Part shown: positions 40,485 through 53,578 of the stretch, piece by piece
How the letters are laid out: each line of letters opens with the position of its first letter
How positions within the stretch are numbered: position 1 is the first letter of the stretch
NCBI RefSeq assembly: GCF_058153355.1
Contig: NZ_CM177019.1
Strand: one strand, 5' to 3'
DNA length: 64,000 nucleotides
Translations under genes and position numbers: made by a program
The notes under the pieces: generated by a model
What the model was told of the DNA's origin: nothing
The model's database searches: none
The model's input: the letters and a program-made list of their open reading frames with translations, nothing else

Positions 40485-40590
40485 CACATACGCATCCGAA
40501 TAACGTCATAACATAGCCGCAAACATTTCGTTTGCGGTCATAGCGTGGGTGCCGCCTGGCAAGTGCTTATTTTCAGGGGTATTTTGTAAC

Positions 40591-41187
40591 ATGGCAGAAA
40601 AACAAACTGCGAAAAGGAACCGTCGCGAGGAAATACTTCAGTCTCTGGCGCTGATGCTGGAATCCAGCGATGGAAGCCAACGTATCACGACGGCAAAACT
40701 GGCCGCCTCTGTCGGCGTTTCCGAAGCGGCACTGTATCGCCACTTCCCCAGTAAGACCCGCATGTTCGATAGCCTGATTGAGTTTATCGAAGATAGCCTG
40801 ATTACTCGCATCAATCTGATTCTGAAAGATGAGAAAGACACCACAGCGCGCCTGCGTCTGATTGTGTTGCTGCTTCTCGGTTTTGGTGAGCGTAATCCTG
40901 GCCTGACCCGCATCCTCACTGGTCATGCACTAATGTTTGAACAGGATCGCCTGCAAGGGCGCATCAACCAGCTATTCGAGCGTATTGAAGCGCAGTTGCG
41001 TCAGGTATTGCGTGAAAAGAGAATGCGTGAGGGTGAAGGTTACACCACCGACGAAACCCTGCTGGCAAGCCAGATCCTGGCCTTCTGTGAAGGTATGCTG
41101 TCACGTTTTGTCCGCAGCGAATTTAAATACCGCCCGACGGATGATTTTGACGCCCGCTGGCCGCTAATTGCTGCACAGTTGCAGTAA
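40591..41187 (+). CDS. slmA: Nucleoid occlusion factor SlmA (TetR family)
   Basis: ORF track 40549..41187; start trimmed to [17 protein letters not shown]. Confidence 0.88.
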
Positions 41188-41191
41188 TATG

Positions 41192-41217
41192 ACGCCGGAT
41201 GACTTTTCATCCGGCGA
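41192..41217. terminator. Hairpin between convergent slmA and pyrE (bidirectional terminator candidate)
   Basis: gccggatga cttt tcatccggc perfect 9-bp stem. Confidence 0.5.
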
Positions 41218-41223
41218 GTTTCT

Positions 41224-41865
41224 TTAAACACCAAACTCTTCGCGATAGGCCTTAACCGCCGCCAGATGTTCCGCCATTTCCGGCTTCTCTTCAAGGTAAG
41301 CAATCAGGTCTTTCAGGGTGATGATAGAGATCACTTTGCAGTTGTAATCACGCTCAACTTCCTGAATCGCCGAAATCTCGCCGCGCCCGCGCTCCTGACG
41401 ATCGAGCGAAATTAACACACCAGCAAGCGTCGCGCCATTGGCCTGAATAATTTCCATCGACTCGCGGATCGCCGTTCCGGCGGTGATCACATCATCCACC
41501 AGCATTACGCGTCCTTGTAATGCGCTACCGACCAGATTGCCGCCTTCACCGTGATCTTTTGCTTCTTTGCGGTTAAAGCAGTACGGCAGGTCCAGGTCAT
41601 GATGCTCCGCCAGCGCTACAGCGGTAGTAGTGGCAATTGGGATCCCTTTGTAAGCAGGGCCAAACAGCAGATCGAACTCAATGCCGGAATCCACTAACGC
41701 TTCAGCGTAAAAACGGCCTAACAGTGCCAGATCGCGCCCGGTATTAAACAGCCCGGCGTTGAAGAAATAGGGGCTTTTGCGTCCGGACTTCAGCGTAAAC
41801 TCGCCAAACTTTAATACCTGCTTGCCAAGCGCAAATTCAATAAACTGGCGCTGATATGGTTTCAT
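41224..41865 (-). CDS. pyrE: Orotate phosphoribosyltransferase
   Basis: ORF track 41224..41880; start trimmed to [13 protein letters not shown]. Confidence 0.9.
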   Translation of the reverse strand: MKPYQRQFIEFALGKQVLKFGEFTLKSGRKSPYFFNAGLFNTGRDLALLGRFYAEALVDSGIEFDLLFGPAYKGIPIATTTAVALAEHHDLDLPYCFNRKEAKDHGEGGNLVGSALQGRVMLVDDVITAGTAIRESMEIIQANGATLAGVLISLDRQERGRGEISAIQEVERDYNCKVISIITLKDLIAYLEEKPEMAEHLAAVKAYREEFGV

Positions 41866-41894
41866 GCCTTCGCTCCTCATCTTACTTTTCTACA

Positions 41895-41926
41895 GACAAA
41901 AAAAAGGCGACTCATCAGTCGCCTTA
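41895..41926 (-). promoter_or_regulatory. rph-pyrE intercistronic attenuator (hairpin + U-tract)
   Basis: On the minus strand aaggcgactgatgagtcgcctt is followed by an 8-9 T run, between the rph stop and pyrE start. Confidence 0.7.
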
Positions 41927-41930
41927 AAAA

Positions 41931-42647
41931 TCAGTTTGCCAGCGCCGCCTTCTGCGTCGCTACAATGGATTCGATTCCCCCTCGGGCCAGCGCCAACAAG
42001 GTGAGTAGCTCTTCATGGGTAAACGGCTCGCCTTCTGCCGTCCCCTGCACTTCAATGATGCGCCCGTCTTCGGTCATCACCACGTTCATGTCCGTTTCAG
42101 CGGCAGAGTCTTCAACGTATTCCAGATCGCAAATTGCTTCGCCGTTAACAATACCGACAGAAACCGCGGCTACCATCCCTTTCATTGGATTAGTTTTCAG
42201 CTTGCCGTTTTCCACCAGCTTCTGTAACGCATCTGCCAGCGCCACGCAGGCACCCGTAATCGAAGCGGTACGCGTGCCACCATCAGCCTGAAGCACGTCG
42301 CAGTCCAGCGTAATGGTGAACTCACCCAGCGCTTTCAAATCTACTGCCGCGCGAAGTGCACGGGCGATCAGACGCTGGATTTCCATTGTGCGTCCACCCT
42401 GCTTACCTTTCGCTGCTTCACGAGCGTTACGGGTGTGGGTAGAACGTGGCAGCATGCCGTATTCTGCGGTGATCCAGCCCTGGCCCTGACCTTTCAGGAA
42501 GCGCGGCACGCCTTCTTCAATAGAGGCGGTACACAACACTTTGGTATCGCCAAATTCGACCAGCACCGAGCCTTCTGCATGTTTTGTATAGTTACGAGTC
42601 AGGGTAACGGGACGCACCTGATTATTGCTACGGCCTGCTGGACGCAT
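41931..42647 (-). CDS. rph: Ribonuclease PH (full-length reading frame; no K-12-type C-terminal frameshift evident)
   Basis: ORF track 41931..42671; start trimmed to [14 protein letters not shown]. Confidence 0.9.
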   Translation of the reverse strand: MRPAGRSNNQVRPVTLTRNYTKHAEGSVLVEFGDTKVLCTASIEEGVPRFLKGQGQGWITAEYGMLPRSTHTRNAREAAKGKQGGRTMEIQRLIARALRAAVDLKALGEFTITLDCDVLQADGGTRTASITGACVALADALQKLVENGKLKTNPMKGMVAAVSVGIVNGEAICDLEYVEDSAAETDMNVVMTEDGRIIEVQGTAEGEPFTHEELLTLLALARGGIESIVATQKAALAN

Positions 42648-42773
42648 ATTGAAATCTCCGGCTTGAAACAAATGTGGCTGCGCATTATACGGACTTCCGG
42701 CGGTTATTCCTATCCTGACAAGGCATCGATGGCTATAATCCTTCCACCTCTCCTTTTATAAACAGGAACGTCT

Positions 42774-43637
42774 ATGATCCGCAGTATGACCGCCTACGCC
42801 CGGCGTGAAATCAAGGGTGAATGGGGGAGCGCAACCTGGGAAATGCGCTCGGTAAACCAGCGTTATCTGGAAACTTACTTTCGTCTGCCGGAGCAGTTCC
42901 GTAGCCTTGAACCTGTCGTTCGCGAGCGTATTCGTTCTCGCCTGACGCGCGGTAAAGTGGAATGTACCCTGCGTTATGAGCCAGATGTTAGCGCACAAGG
43001 TGAGCTGATCCTCAACGAAAAACTGGCTAAACAGCTGGTAACTGCCGCGAACTGGGTAAAAATGCAGAGTGACGAAGGGGAAATCAACCCGGTTGATATT
43101 CTCCGCTGGCCGGGCGTAATGGCAGCCCAGGAGCAGGATCTCGACGCGATTGCTGCTGAAATTCTCGCGGCGCTGGATGGTACGCTGGATGACTTTATCG
43201 TCGCGCGCGAAACCGAAGGTCAGGCGCTGAAAGCATTGATCGAGCAGCGTCTGGAAGGCGTTACCGCCGAAGTGGTCAAAGTCCGCGCCCATATGCCGGA
43301 AATCCTGCAATGGCAGCGTGAGCGTCTGGTCGCTAAGCTGGAAGATGCTCAGGTTCAGTTGGAGAACAACCGTCTGGAGCAGGAGTTGGTTCTGCTGGCA
43401 CAACGAATTGACGTTGCCGAAGAGTTGGACCGCCTCGAAGCGCATGTTAAAGAGACCTACAACATTCTGAAGAAAAAAGAAGCCGTTGGTCGTCGTCTGG
43501 ACTTTATGATGCAGGAGTTCAACCGCGAGTCAAACACCCTGGCCTCGAAGTCTATCAATGCCGAAGTGACAAACTCTGCCATCGAGCTGAAAGTGTTGAT
43601 CGAGCAGATGCGCGAGCAGATTCAGAACATTGAATAA
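42774..43637 (+). CDS. yicC: YicC-family stress-induced protein
   Basis: 287 aa; MIRSMTAYARREIKGEWGSATWE. Confidence 0.88.
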   Translation: MIRSMTAYARREIKGEWGSATWEMRSVNQRYLETYFRLPEQFRSLEPVVRERIRSRLTRGKVECTLRYEPDVSAQGELILNEKLAKQLVTAANWVKMQSDEGEINPVDILRWPGVMAAQEQDLDAIAAEILAALDGTLDDFIVARETEGQALKALIEQRLEGVTAEVVKVRAHMPEILQWQRERLVAKLEDAQVQLENNRLEQELVLLAQRIDVAEELDRLEAHVKETYNILKKKEAVGRRLDFMMQEFNRESNTLASKSINAEVTNSAIELKVLIEQMREQIQNIE

Positions 43638-43672
43638 CTTGTAACGCCAATTCTTACTTTTCAGCCTTCACA

Positions 43673-43706
43673 AATGCCGCCCACTCAAACAGAGCGGCAT
43701 TTTTCT
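43673..43706 (+). terminator. Rho-independent terminator downstream of yicC
   Basis: aatgccgc…gcggcatt stem followed by ttttctt. Confidence 0.45.
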
Positions 43707-43796
43707 TCCCCGCAACTTCAATTCTGTTTTGCGTGCCTGCTCCAGATTTTGCGATGTTTTTTTGCCCAGCACACTGAGAACGTGAGATACTCACAA

Positions 43797-43812
43797 CTGT
43801 ATATAAATACAG
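43797..43812. promoter_or_regulatory. LexA box (SOS operator) upstream of dinD
   Basis: CTGTATATAAATACAG matches the CTGT-N8-ACAG consensus, ~45 bp upstream of the dinD start. Confidence 0.8.
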
Positions 43813-43857
43813 TTACAGATTTACTTTCTTTGCAATCGATATCACATGGAGTGGGCA

Positions 43858-44682
43858 ATGAACGAACATCATCAACCTTTTGAAGAAATACGGCATTATG
43901 GCACTGAAGGGCAAGAATTTTGGTCAGCGAGAGAATTGGCACCGTTACTGGATTATCGGGACTGGCGCAATTTTCAAAAGGTACTGGCCCGCGCGACTCA
44001 AGCGTGCGAAGCCAGCAATCAAGCTGCATCTGACCATTTCGTTGAAACCACCAAAATGGTTGTATTAGGTTCAGGGGCTCAACGAGAACTTGAAGATGTT
44101 CATCTCTCCCGCTATGCCTGTTACCTGGTAGTACAAAACGGCGACCCTGCGAAACCGGTTATTGCGGCAGGGCAAACTTATTTTGCTATCCAGACCCGAC
44201 GGCAGGAGCTGGCTGACGATGAAGCTTTCAGGCAACTTCGTGAAGACGAAAAGCGTCTTTTTCTGAGAAATGAGTTGAAAGAACATAACAAACAATTAGT
44301 TGAGGCAGCGCAGCAAGCTGGGGTAGCGACAGCTATCGATTTCGCCATATTTCAGAATCATGGTTACCGGGGACTGTATGGTGGATTAGATCAGAAAGCC
44401 ATCCATCAGCGGAAGGGGCTGAAAAAGAGTCAGAAGATCCTGGATCATATGGGTTCAACAGAACTGGCGGCTAATCTCTTTCGAGCTACCCAAACAGAAG
44501 AAAAACTCAAGCGGGATGGCGTGAATTCAAAACAGCAAGCTAACACCACACACTTTGACGTGGGTCGCAAGGTGAGGCAAACCATTCAGGAACTTGGCGG
44601 AACCATGCCTGAGGAGTTGCCGACCCCGCAGGTTAGCATCAAGCAGTTGGAAAACAGTGTAAAAATTACAGAGAAAAAATAG
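43858..44682 (+). CDS. dinD: DNA-damage-inducible protein D
   Basis: ORF track 43846..44682; start trimmed to MNEHHQPFEEIRHYGTEGQEFWSAREL. Confidence 0.85.
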   Translation: MNEHHQPFEEIRHYGTEGQEFWSARELAPLLDYRDWRNFQKVLARATQACEASNQAASDHFVETTKMVVLGSGAQRELEDVHLSRYACYLVVQNGDPAKPVIAAGQTYFAIQTRRQELADDEAFRQLREDEKRLFLRNELKEHNKQLVEAAQQAGVATAIDFAIFQNHGYRGLYGGLDQKAIHQRKGLKKSQKILDHMGSTELAANLFRATQTEEKLKRDGVNSKQQANTTHFDVGRKVRQTIQELGGTMPEELPTPQVSIKQLENSVKITEKK

Positions 44683-44972
44683 CAGAAACTAAAAACTCTT
44701 TTTGTTGATTGAGACACCCGATGCGTAAGCCAAGGTCCAGGTGCAGTGAACACAATGGCTAACATTGCACCTTTCTTTTCCACCCCTCAGTTTTAACCTA
44801 CTTTTTCTTATGCATTTTCTCAGACAAGAAGTCAGAAGAATGCATCTACGCTACAGAAAACAACGATTTCACATAACTAAAAATTATCAATTCCCTCTCA
44901 CCTTAAAAAATCTCAATCGTGACAATGCGCACAAATCGCTACCCTGCCAGACAGATTTTTAGGGAGAGAACC

Positions 44973-47361
<2,389 letters not shown>

Positions 47362-47385
47362 GAATCGTCTTTATTGCAGTGAATC

Positions 47386-48150
<765 letters not shown>

Positions 48151-48204
48151 ACCTGATTTCAGTATCATGCCCAGTCATTTCTTCACCTGTGGAGCTTTTT
48201 AAGT

Positions 48205-48480
48205 ATGGCACGCGTAACTGTTCAGGACGCTGTAGAGAAAATTGGTAACCGTTTTGACCTGGTACTGGTCGCCGCGCGTCGCGCTCGTCAGATGCAGGTA
48301 GGCGGAAAGGATCCGCTGGTACCGGAAGAAAACGATAAAACCACAGTAATCGCGCTGCGCGAAATCGAAGAAGGTCTGATCAACAACCAGATCCTCGACG
48401 TTCGCGAACGCCAGGAACAGCAAGAGCAGGAAGCCGCTGAATTACAAGCCGTTACCGCTATTGCTGAAGGTCGTCGTTAA
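48205..48480 (+). CDS. rpoZ: RNA polymerase omega subunit
   Basis: 91 aa; [29 protein letters not shown]. Confidence 0.92.
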
Positions 48481-48498
48481 TCACAAAGCGGGTCGCCC

Positions 48499-50607
48499 TT
48501 GTATCTGTTTGAAAGCCTGAATCAACTGATTCAAACCTACCTGCCGGAAGACCAAATCAAGCGTCTGCGGCAGGCGTATCTCGTTGCACGTGATGCTCAC
48601 GAGGGGCAAACACGTTCAAGCGGTGAACCCTATATCACGCACCCGGTAGCGGTTGCCTGCATTCTGGCCGAGATGAAACTCGACTATGAAACGCTAATGG
48701 CGGCGCTGCTGCATGACGTGATTGAAGATACACCCGCCACCTACCAGGACATGGAACAGCTTTTTGGTAAAAGCGTCGCCGAGCTGGTAGAGGGGGTATC
48801 AAAGCTTGATAAACTCAAGTTCCGCGATAAGAAAGAGGCGCAGGCCGAAAACTTTCGCAAGATGATTATGGCGATGGTGCAGGATATCCGCGTCATTCTC
48901 ATCAAACTTGCCGACCGTACCCACAACATGCGCACGCTGGGCTCACTTCGCCCGGACAAACGTCGCCGCATCGCCCGTGAAACCCTCGAAATTTACAGCC
49001 CGCTGGCACACCGTTTAGGTATCCACCACATTAAAACCGAACTCGAAGAGCTGGGTTTTGAGGCGCTGTATCCCAACCGTTACCGCGTAATCAAAGAAGT
49101 GGTGAAAGCCGCACGCGGCAACCGTAAAGAGATGATCCAAAAAATCCTCTCGGAAATCGAAGGGCGTTTGCAGGAAGCGGGAATACCGTGCCGCGTCAGT
49201 GGTCGCGAGAAGCATCTTTATTCGATCTACTGCAAAATGGTGCTCAAAGAGCAGCGTTTTCACTCAATCATGGACATCTACGCCTTCCGCGTGATCGTCA
49301 ATGATTCCGACACCTGTTATCGCGTGCTCGGGCAAATGCATAGCCTGTACAAGCCGCGTCCGGGTCGCGTGAAAGACTACATCGCCATTCCAAAAGCGAA
49401 CGGATATCAGTCTTTGCACACCTCGATGATTGGCCCGCACGGCGTGCCGGTTGAAGTCCAGATCCGTACCGAAGATATGGATCAGATGGCAGAGATGGGT
49501 GTTGCCGCGCACTGGGCTTATAAAGAGCACGGCGAAACCAGTACTACCGCACAAATTCGCGCCCAGCGCTGGATGCAAAGCCTGCTGGAGCTGCAACAGA
49601 GTGCCGGTAGCTCATTTGAATTTATCGAGAGCGTTAAATCCGATCTCTTCCCGGATGAGATTTACGTTTTCACACCGGAAGGGCGCATTGTAGAGCTGCC
49701 TGCCGGTGCAACGCCCGTCGACTTCGCTTATGCGGTGCATACCGATATCGGTCATGCCTGCGTGGGCGCTCGCGTCGACCGTCAGCCTTACCCGCTGTCG
49801 CAGCCGCTCTCCAGTGGCCAAACCGTTGAAATCATTACCGCACCGGGCGCTCGCCCGAATGCCGCATGGCTGAACTTTGTCGTTAGCTCGAAAGCGCGCG
49901 CCAAAATTCGTCAGTTGCTGAAAAACCTCAAGCGTGATGATTCTGTAAGCCTGGGCCGTCGTCTGCTCAATCATGCGTTGGGTGGCAGCCGTAAGCTCAA
50001 TGAAATCCCGCCGGAAAATATTCAGCGCGAGCTGGACCGCATGAAGCTGGCAACGCTTGACGATCTGCTGGCTGAAATCGGCCTTGGTAACGCAATGAGC
50101 GTGGTGGTCGCGAAAAATCTGCAACATGGGGACGCCTCCATTCCGCCGGCGACTCAAAGCCACGGGCATCTGCCGATTAAAGGTGCTGATGGCGTGTTGA
50201 TCACCTTTGCGAAATGCTGCCGCCCCATTCCTGGCGACCCGATTATCGCCCACGTCAGCCCCGGTAAAGGTCTGGTGATCCACCATGAATCCTGCCGTAA
50301 CATCCGTGGCTACCAGAAAGAGCCAGAGAAATTTATGGCTGTGGAATGGGATAAAGAGACGGCACAGGAGTTCATCACCGAAATCAAGGTGGAGATGTTC
50401 AATCATCAGGGCGCGCTGGCAAACCTGACGGCGGCAATTAACACCACGACCTCGAATATTCAAAGTTTGAATACAGAAGAAAAAGATGGTCGCGTCTACA
50501 GCGCCTTTATTCGTCTGACCGCCCGTGACCGTGTGCATCTGGCGAATATCATGCGCAAAATCCGCGTGATGCCAGACGTGATTAAAGTCACCCGAAACCG
50601 AAATTAA
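48499..50607 (+). CDS. spoT: Bifunctional (p)ppGpp synthetase/hydrolase SpoT, predicted TTG start
   Basis: 702 aa beginning at TTG 48499; HD domain (HDVIEDT), synthetase and TGS/ACT domains. Confidence 0.9.
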   Translation: MYLFESLNQLIQTYLPEDQIKRLRQAYLVARDAHEGQTRSSGEPYITHPVAVACILAEMKLDYETLMAALLHDVIEDTPATYQDMEQLFGKSVAELVEGVSKLDKLKFRDKKEAQAENFRKMIMAMVQDIRVILIKLADRTHNMRTLGSLRPDKRRRIARETLEIYSPLAHRLGIHHIKTELEELGFEALYPNRYRVIKEVVKAARGNRKEMIQKILSEIEGRLQEAGIPCRVSGREKHLYSIYCKMVLKEQRFHSIMDIYAFRVIVNDSDTCYRVLGQMHSLYKPRPGRVKDYIAIPKANGYQSLHTSMIGPHGVPVEVQIRTEDMDQMAEMGVAAHWAYKEHGETSTTAQIRAQRWMQSLLELQQSAGSSFEFIESVKSDLFPDEIYVFTPEGRIVELPAGATPVDFAYAVHTDIGHACVGARVDRQPYPLSQPLSSGQTVEIITAPGARPNAAWLNFVVSSKARAKIRQLLKNLKRDDSVSLGRRLLNHALGGSRKLNEIPPENIQRELDRMKLATLDDLLAEIGLGNAMSVVVAKNLQHGDASIPPATQSHGHLPIKGADGVLITFAKCCRPIPGDPIIAHVSPGKGLVIHHESCRNIRGYQKEPEKFMAVEWDKETAQEFITEIKVEMFNHQGALANLTAAINTTTSNIQSLNTEEKDGRVYSAFIRLTARDRVHLANIMRKIRVMPDVIKVTRNRN

Positions 50608-50613
50608 TGTTTT

Positions 50614-51303
50614 ATGAACCCAACACGTTATGCACGCATCTGCGAAATGCTCGCCAGGCGGCAGCCTGATCTGACCGTCTGCATGGAGCAGGTCCACAAA
50701 CCCCATAACGTTTCTGCGATTATTCGTACCGCAGATGCCGTTGGCGTACATGAAGTTCATGCCGTCTGGCCTGGCAGCCGGATGCGCACCATGGCTTCGG
50801 CTGCGGCTGGCAGCAACAGTTGGGTACAGGTGAAAACGCACCGCACCATTGGCGATGCCGTTGCCCATCTGAAAGGCCAGGGAATGCAGATCCTGGCTAC
50901 ACATCTTTCTGATAACGCTGTCGATTTCCGCGAAATTGATTACACCCGCCCGACCTGTATTTTGATGGGTCAGGAGAAAACGGGTATCACGCAGGAAGCG
51001 TTAGCCCTGGCGGATCAGGACATCATCATTCCGATGATCGGCATGGTGCAGTCGCTGAATGTTTCCGTTGCCTCAGCCCTTATTCTTTACGAAGCCCAGC
51101 GTCAGCGGCAAAACGCAGGTATGTATCTGCGTGAAAACAGCATGTTGCCGGAAGCAGAGCAACAACGCCTGCTGTTTGAAGGCGGCTATCCAGTGCTGGC
51201 GAAAGTCGCAAAACGCAAAGGCCTACCTTACCCCCACGTTAATCAGCAAGGCGAAATTGAAGCCAATGCCGACTGGTGGGCCACTATGCAGGCAGCAGGT
51301 TAA
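50614..51303 (+). CDS. trmH: tRNA (Gm18) 2'-O-methyltransferase
   Basis: 229 aa; SPOUT methyltransferase; directly after spoT. Confidence 0.9.
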   Translation: MNPTRYARICEMLARRQPDLTVCMEQVHKPHNVSAIIRTADAVGVHEVHAVWPGSRMRTMASAAAGSNSWVQVKTHRTIGDAVAHLKGQGMQILATHLSDNAVDFREIDYTRPTCILMGQEKTGITQEALALADQDIIIPMIGMVQSLNVSVASALILYEAQRQRQNAGMYLRENSMLPEAEQQRLLFEGGYPVLAKVAKRKGLPYPHVNQQGEIEANADWWATMQAAG

Positions 51304-51308
51304 GCGCC

Positions 51309-53390
51309 ATGAAAGGTCGCCTGTTAGATGCTGTTCCGCTCAGTTCGCTAACGGGCGTTGGCGCGGCGCAAAGTAATAAGCTGGCGAAAATCAATCTGCA
51401 TACCGTGCAGGATTTACTCTTACACCTTCCTCTGCGCTACGAAGATCGCACCCATCTCTACCCCATCGGTGAGCTACTGCCAGGCGTTTATGCTACGGTG
51501 GAAGGCGAAGTGCTGAATTGCAATATCTCCTTCGGCGGTCGGCGAATGATGACCTGCCAGATCAGCGACGGTTCCGGCATTCTCACCATGCGCTTTTTCA
51601 ACTTCAACGCAGCAATGAAAAATAGCCTGGCGACGGGTCGCCGCGTGCTGGCCTATGGCGAAGCAAAGCGCGGTAAATACGGTGCGGAGATGATCCACCC
51701 GGAATACCGCGTGCAGGGCGATCTCAGTACGCCAGAGTTGCAGGAGACGCTCACGCCGGTTTATCCAACAACGGAAGGCGTAAAGCAGGCCACGCTGCGT
51801 AAATTAACCGACCAGGCGCTGGATCTGCTCGACACCTGCGCCATTGAAGAACTCCTCCCGCCGGAACTGTCACAAGGATTGATGACGCTGCCGGAAGCGT
51901 TGCGCACTTTGCACCGCCCGCCGCCGACGCTGCAGCTTAGCGATCTGGAAACCGGGCAGCATCCGGCACAACGCCGTCTGATTCTGGAAGAGTTGCTGGC
52001 GCATAACCTCAGCATGTTGGCGTTACGCGCTGGTGCACAACGTTTCCATGCCCAGCCGCTTAGCGCCAATGACGCGCTAAAAAATAAACTTCTTGCCGCC
52101 TTACCGTTTAAACCAACGGGCGCCCAGGCGCGTGTGGTGGCGGAGATCGAGCGCGATATGGCGCTGGATGTGCCAATGATGCGCCTGGTGCAGGGCGATG
52201 TAGGTTCCGGTAAAACGCTGGTTGCCGCCCTTGCAGCATTGCGTGCGATTGGGCACGGCAAACAGGTGGCATTGATGGCACCAACCGAATTACTCGCCGA
52301 GCAGCACGCCAATAACTTCCGTAACTGGTTTGCTCCGCTCGGTATCGAAGTGGGCTGGCTCGCCGGTAAACAGAAAGGTAAAGCACGACTGGCACAGCAG
52401 GAAGCCATCGCCAGCGGTCAGGTGCAGATGATTGTCGGTACACACGCCATCTTCCAGGAACAGGTGCAGTTTAACGGCCTGGCGCTGGTGATTATCGACG
52501 AACAGCATCGTTTTGGCGTGCATCAGCGTCTGGCGTTATGGGAGAAAGGCCAGCAGCAGGGCTTCCATCCGCATCAGTTGATCATGACCGCCACGCCGAT
52601 CCCCCGCACGCTGGCAATGACTGCATATGCCGATCTCGATACCTCGGTCATTGATGAGTTACCGCCAGGTCGTACGCCTGTGACGACGGTGGCTATCCCG
52701 GATACCCGCCGCAACGACATTATCGACCGCGTGCGCCACGCCTGCATGACTGAAGGTCGTCAGGCGTACTGGGTTTGTACGTTGATTGAAGAGTCAGAGT
52801 TACTGGAAGCGCAGGCAGCAGAAGCCACGTGGGAAGAGTTGAAACTGGCGCTACCAGAGTTGAATATTGGCCTGGTACACGGACGGATGAAGCCAGCCGA
52901 GAAGCAGGCCGTCATGGCATCATTTAAACAAGGCGAGTTACACCTGCTGGTTGCCACGACCGTTATTGAAGTCGGCGTTGATGTGCCTAACGCCAGCCTG
53001 ATGATCATCGAAAACCCGGAGCGTCTGGGTCTGGCGCAGTTGCACCAGCTACGTGGGCGTGTAGGTCGTGGCGCGGTGGCTTCTCACTGTGTGCTGCTCT
53101 ACAAAACGCCGCTCTCCAAAACCGCGCAAATCCGCCTGCAAGTGCTACGCGACAGCAACGACGGTTTTGTGATTGCACAAAAAGATCTGGAGATTCGCGG
53201 CCCTGGCGAATTGTTAGGCACGCGTCAGACGGGTAATGCTGAATTTAAAGTGGCGGATTTGCTGCGCGATCAGGCGATGATCCCGGAAGTTCAGCGCCTC
53301 GCACGCCATATTCACGAACGTTACCCACAGCAGGCAAAAGCCCTGATAGAACGCTGGATGCCGGAAACGGAACGTTACTCAAATGCGTAA
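51309..53390 (+). CDS. recG: ATP-dependent DNA helicase RecG
   Basis: ORF track 51276..53390; start trimmed to MKGRLLDAVPLSSLTGVG; wedge plus SF2 helicase motifs (GDVGSGKT, DEQH). Confidence 0.92.
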   Translation: MKGRLLDAVPLSSLTGVGAAQSNKLAKINLHTVQDLLLHLPLRYEDRTHLYPIGELLPGVYATVEGEVLNCNISFGGRRMMTCQISDGSGILTMRFFNFNAAMKNSLATGRRVLAYGEAKRGKYGAEMIHPEYRVQGDLSTPELQETLTPVYPTTEGVKQATLRKLTDQALDLLDTCAIEELLPPELSQGLMTLPEALRTLHRPPPTLQLSDLETGQHPAQRRLILEELLAHNLSMLALRAGAQRFHAQPLSANDALKNKLLAALPFKPTGAQARVVAEIERDMALDVPMMRLVQGDVGSGKTLVAALAALRAIGHGKQVALMAPTELLAEQHANNFRNWFAPLGIEVGWLAGKQKGKARLAQQEAIASGQVQMIVGTHAIFQEQVQFNGLALVIIDEQHRFGVHQRLALWEKGQQQGFHPHQLIMTATPIPRTLAMTAYADLDTSVIDELPPGRTPVTTVAIPDTRRNDIIDRVRHACMTEGRQAYWVCTLIEESELLEAQAAEATWEELKLALPELNIGLVHGRMKPAEKQAVMASFKQGELHLLVATTVIEVGVDVPNASLMIIENPERLGLAQLHQLRGRVGRGAVASHCVLLYKTPLSKTAQIRLQVLRDSNDGFVIAQKDLEIRGPGELLGTRQTGNAEFKVADLLRDQAMIPEVQRLARHIHERYPQQAKALIERWMPETERYSNA

Positions 53391-53435
53391 AAGGCGGCGG
53401 TGAGAAACCGCCATTTCAGGTTACCCTACCTTCCT

Positions 53436-53469
53436 GCCGGATGCGGCGTGAACGCCTTATCCGTCCTAC
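53436..53469. repeat. REP element between convergent recG and gltS
   Basis: gccggatgcggcgtgaacgccttatccgtcctac. Confidence 0.7.
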
Positions 53470-53578
53470 AAAAAAACTACAAATTCAATAAATTGTGAAT
53501 CAATACGCAGACTTGATAAGCGAAGCATATCAGACATTTGTCTTTGTTGCGGCGGCACTTATACCGCCGCTTCATCAA

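Noticed and set aside
44700-44970. Imperfect palindrome / direct TCAGA repeats in the dinD-yicG intergenic region
   Set aside because: Symmetry is weak and matches no binding-site family I recognise; insufficient evidence for a regulatory call.
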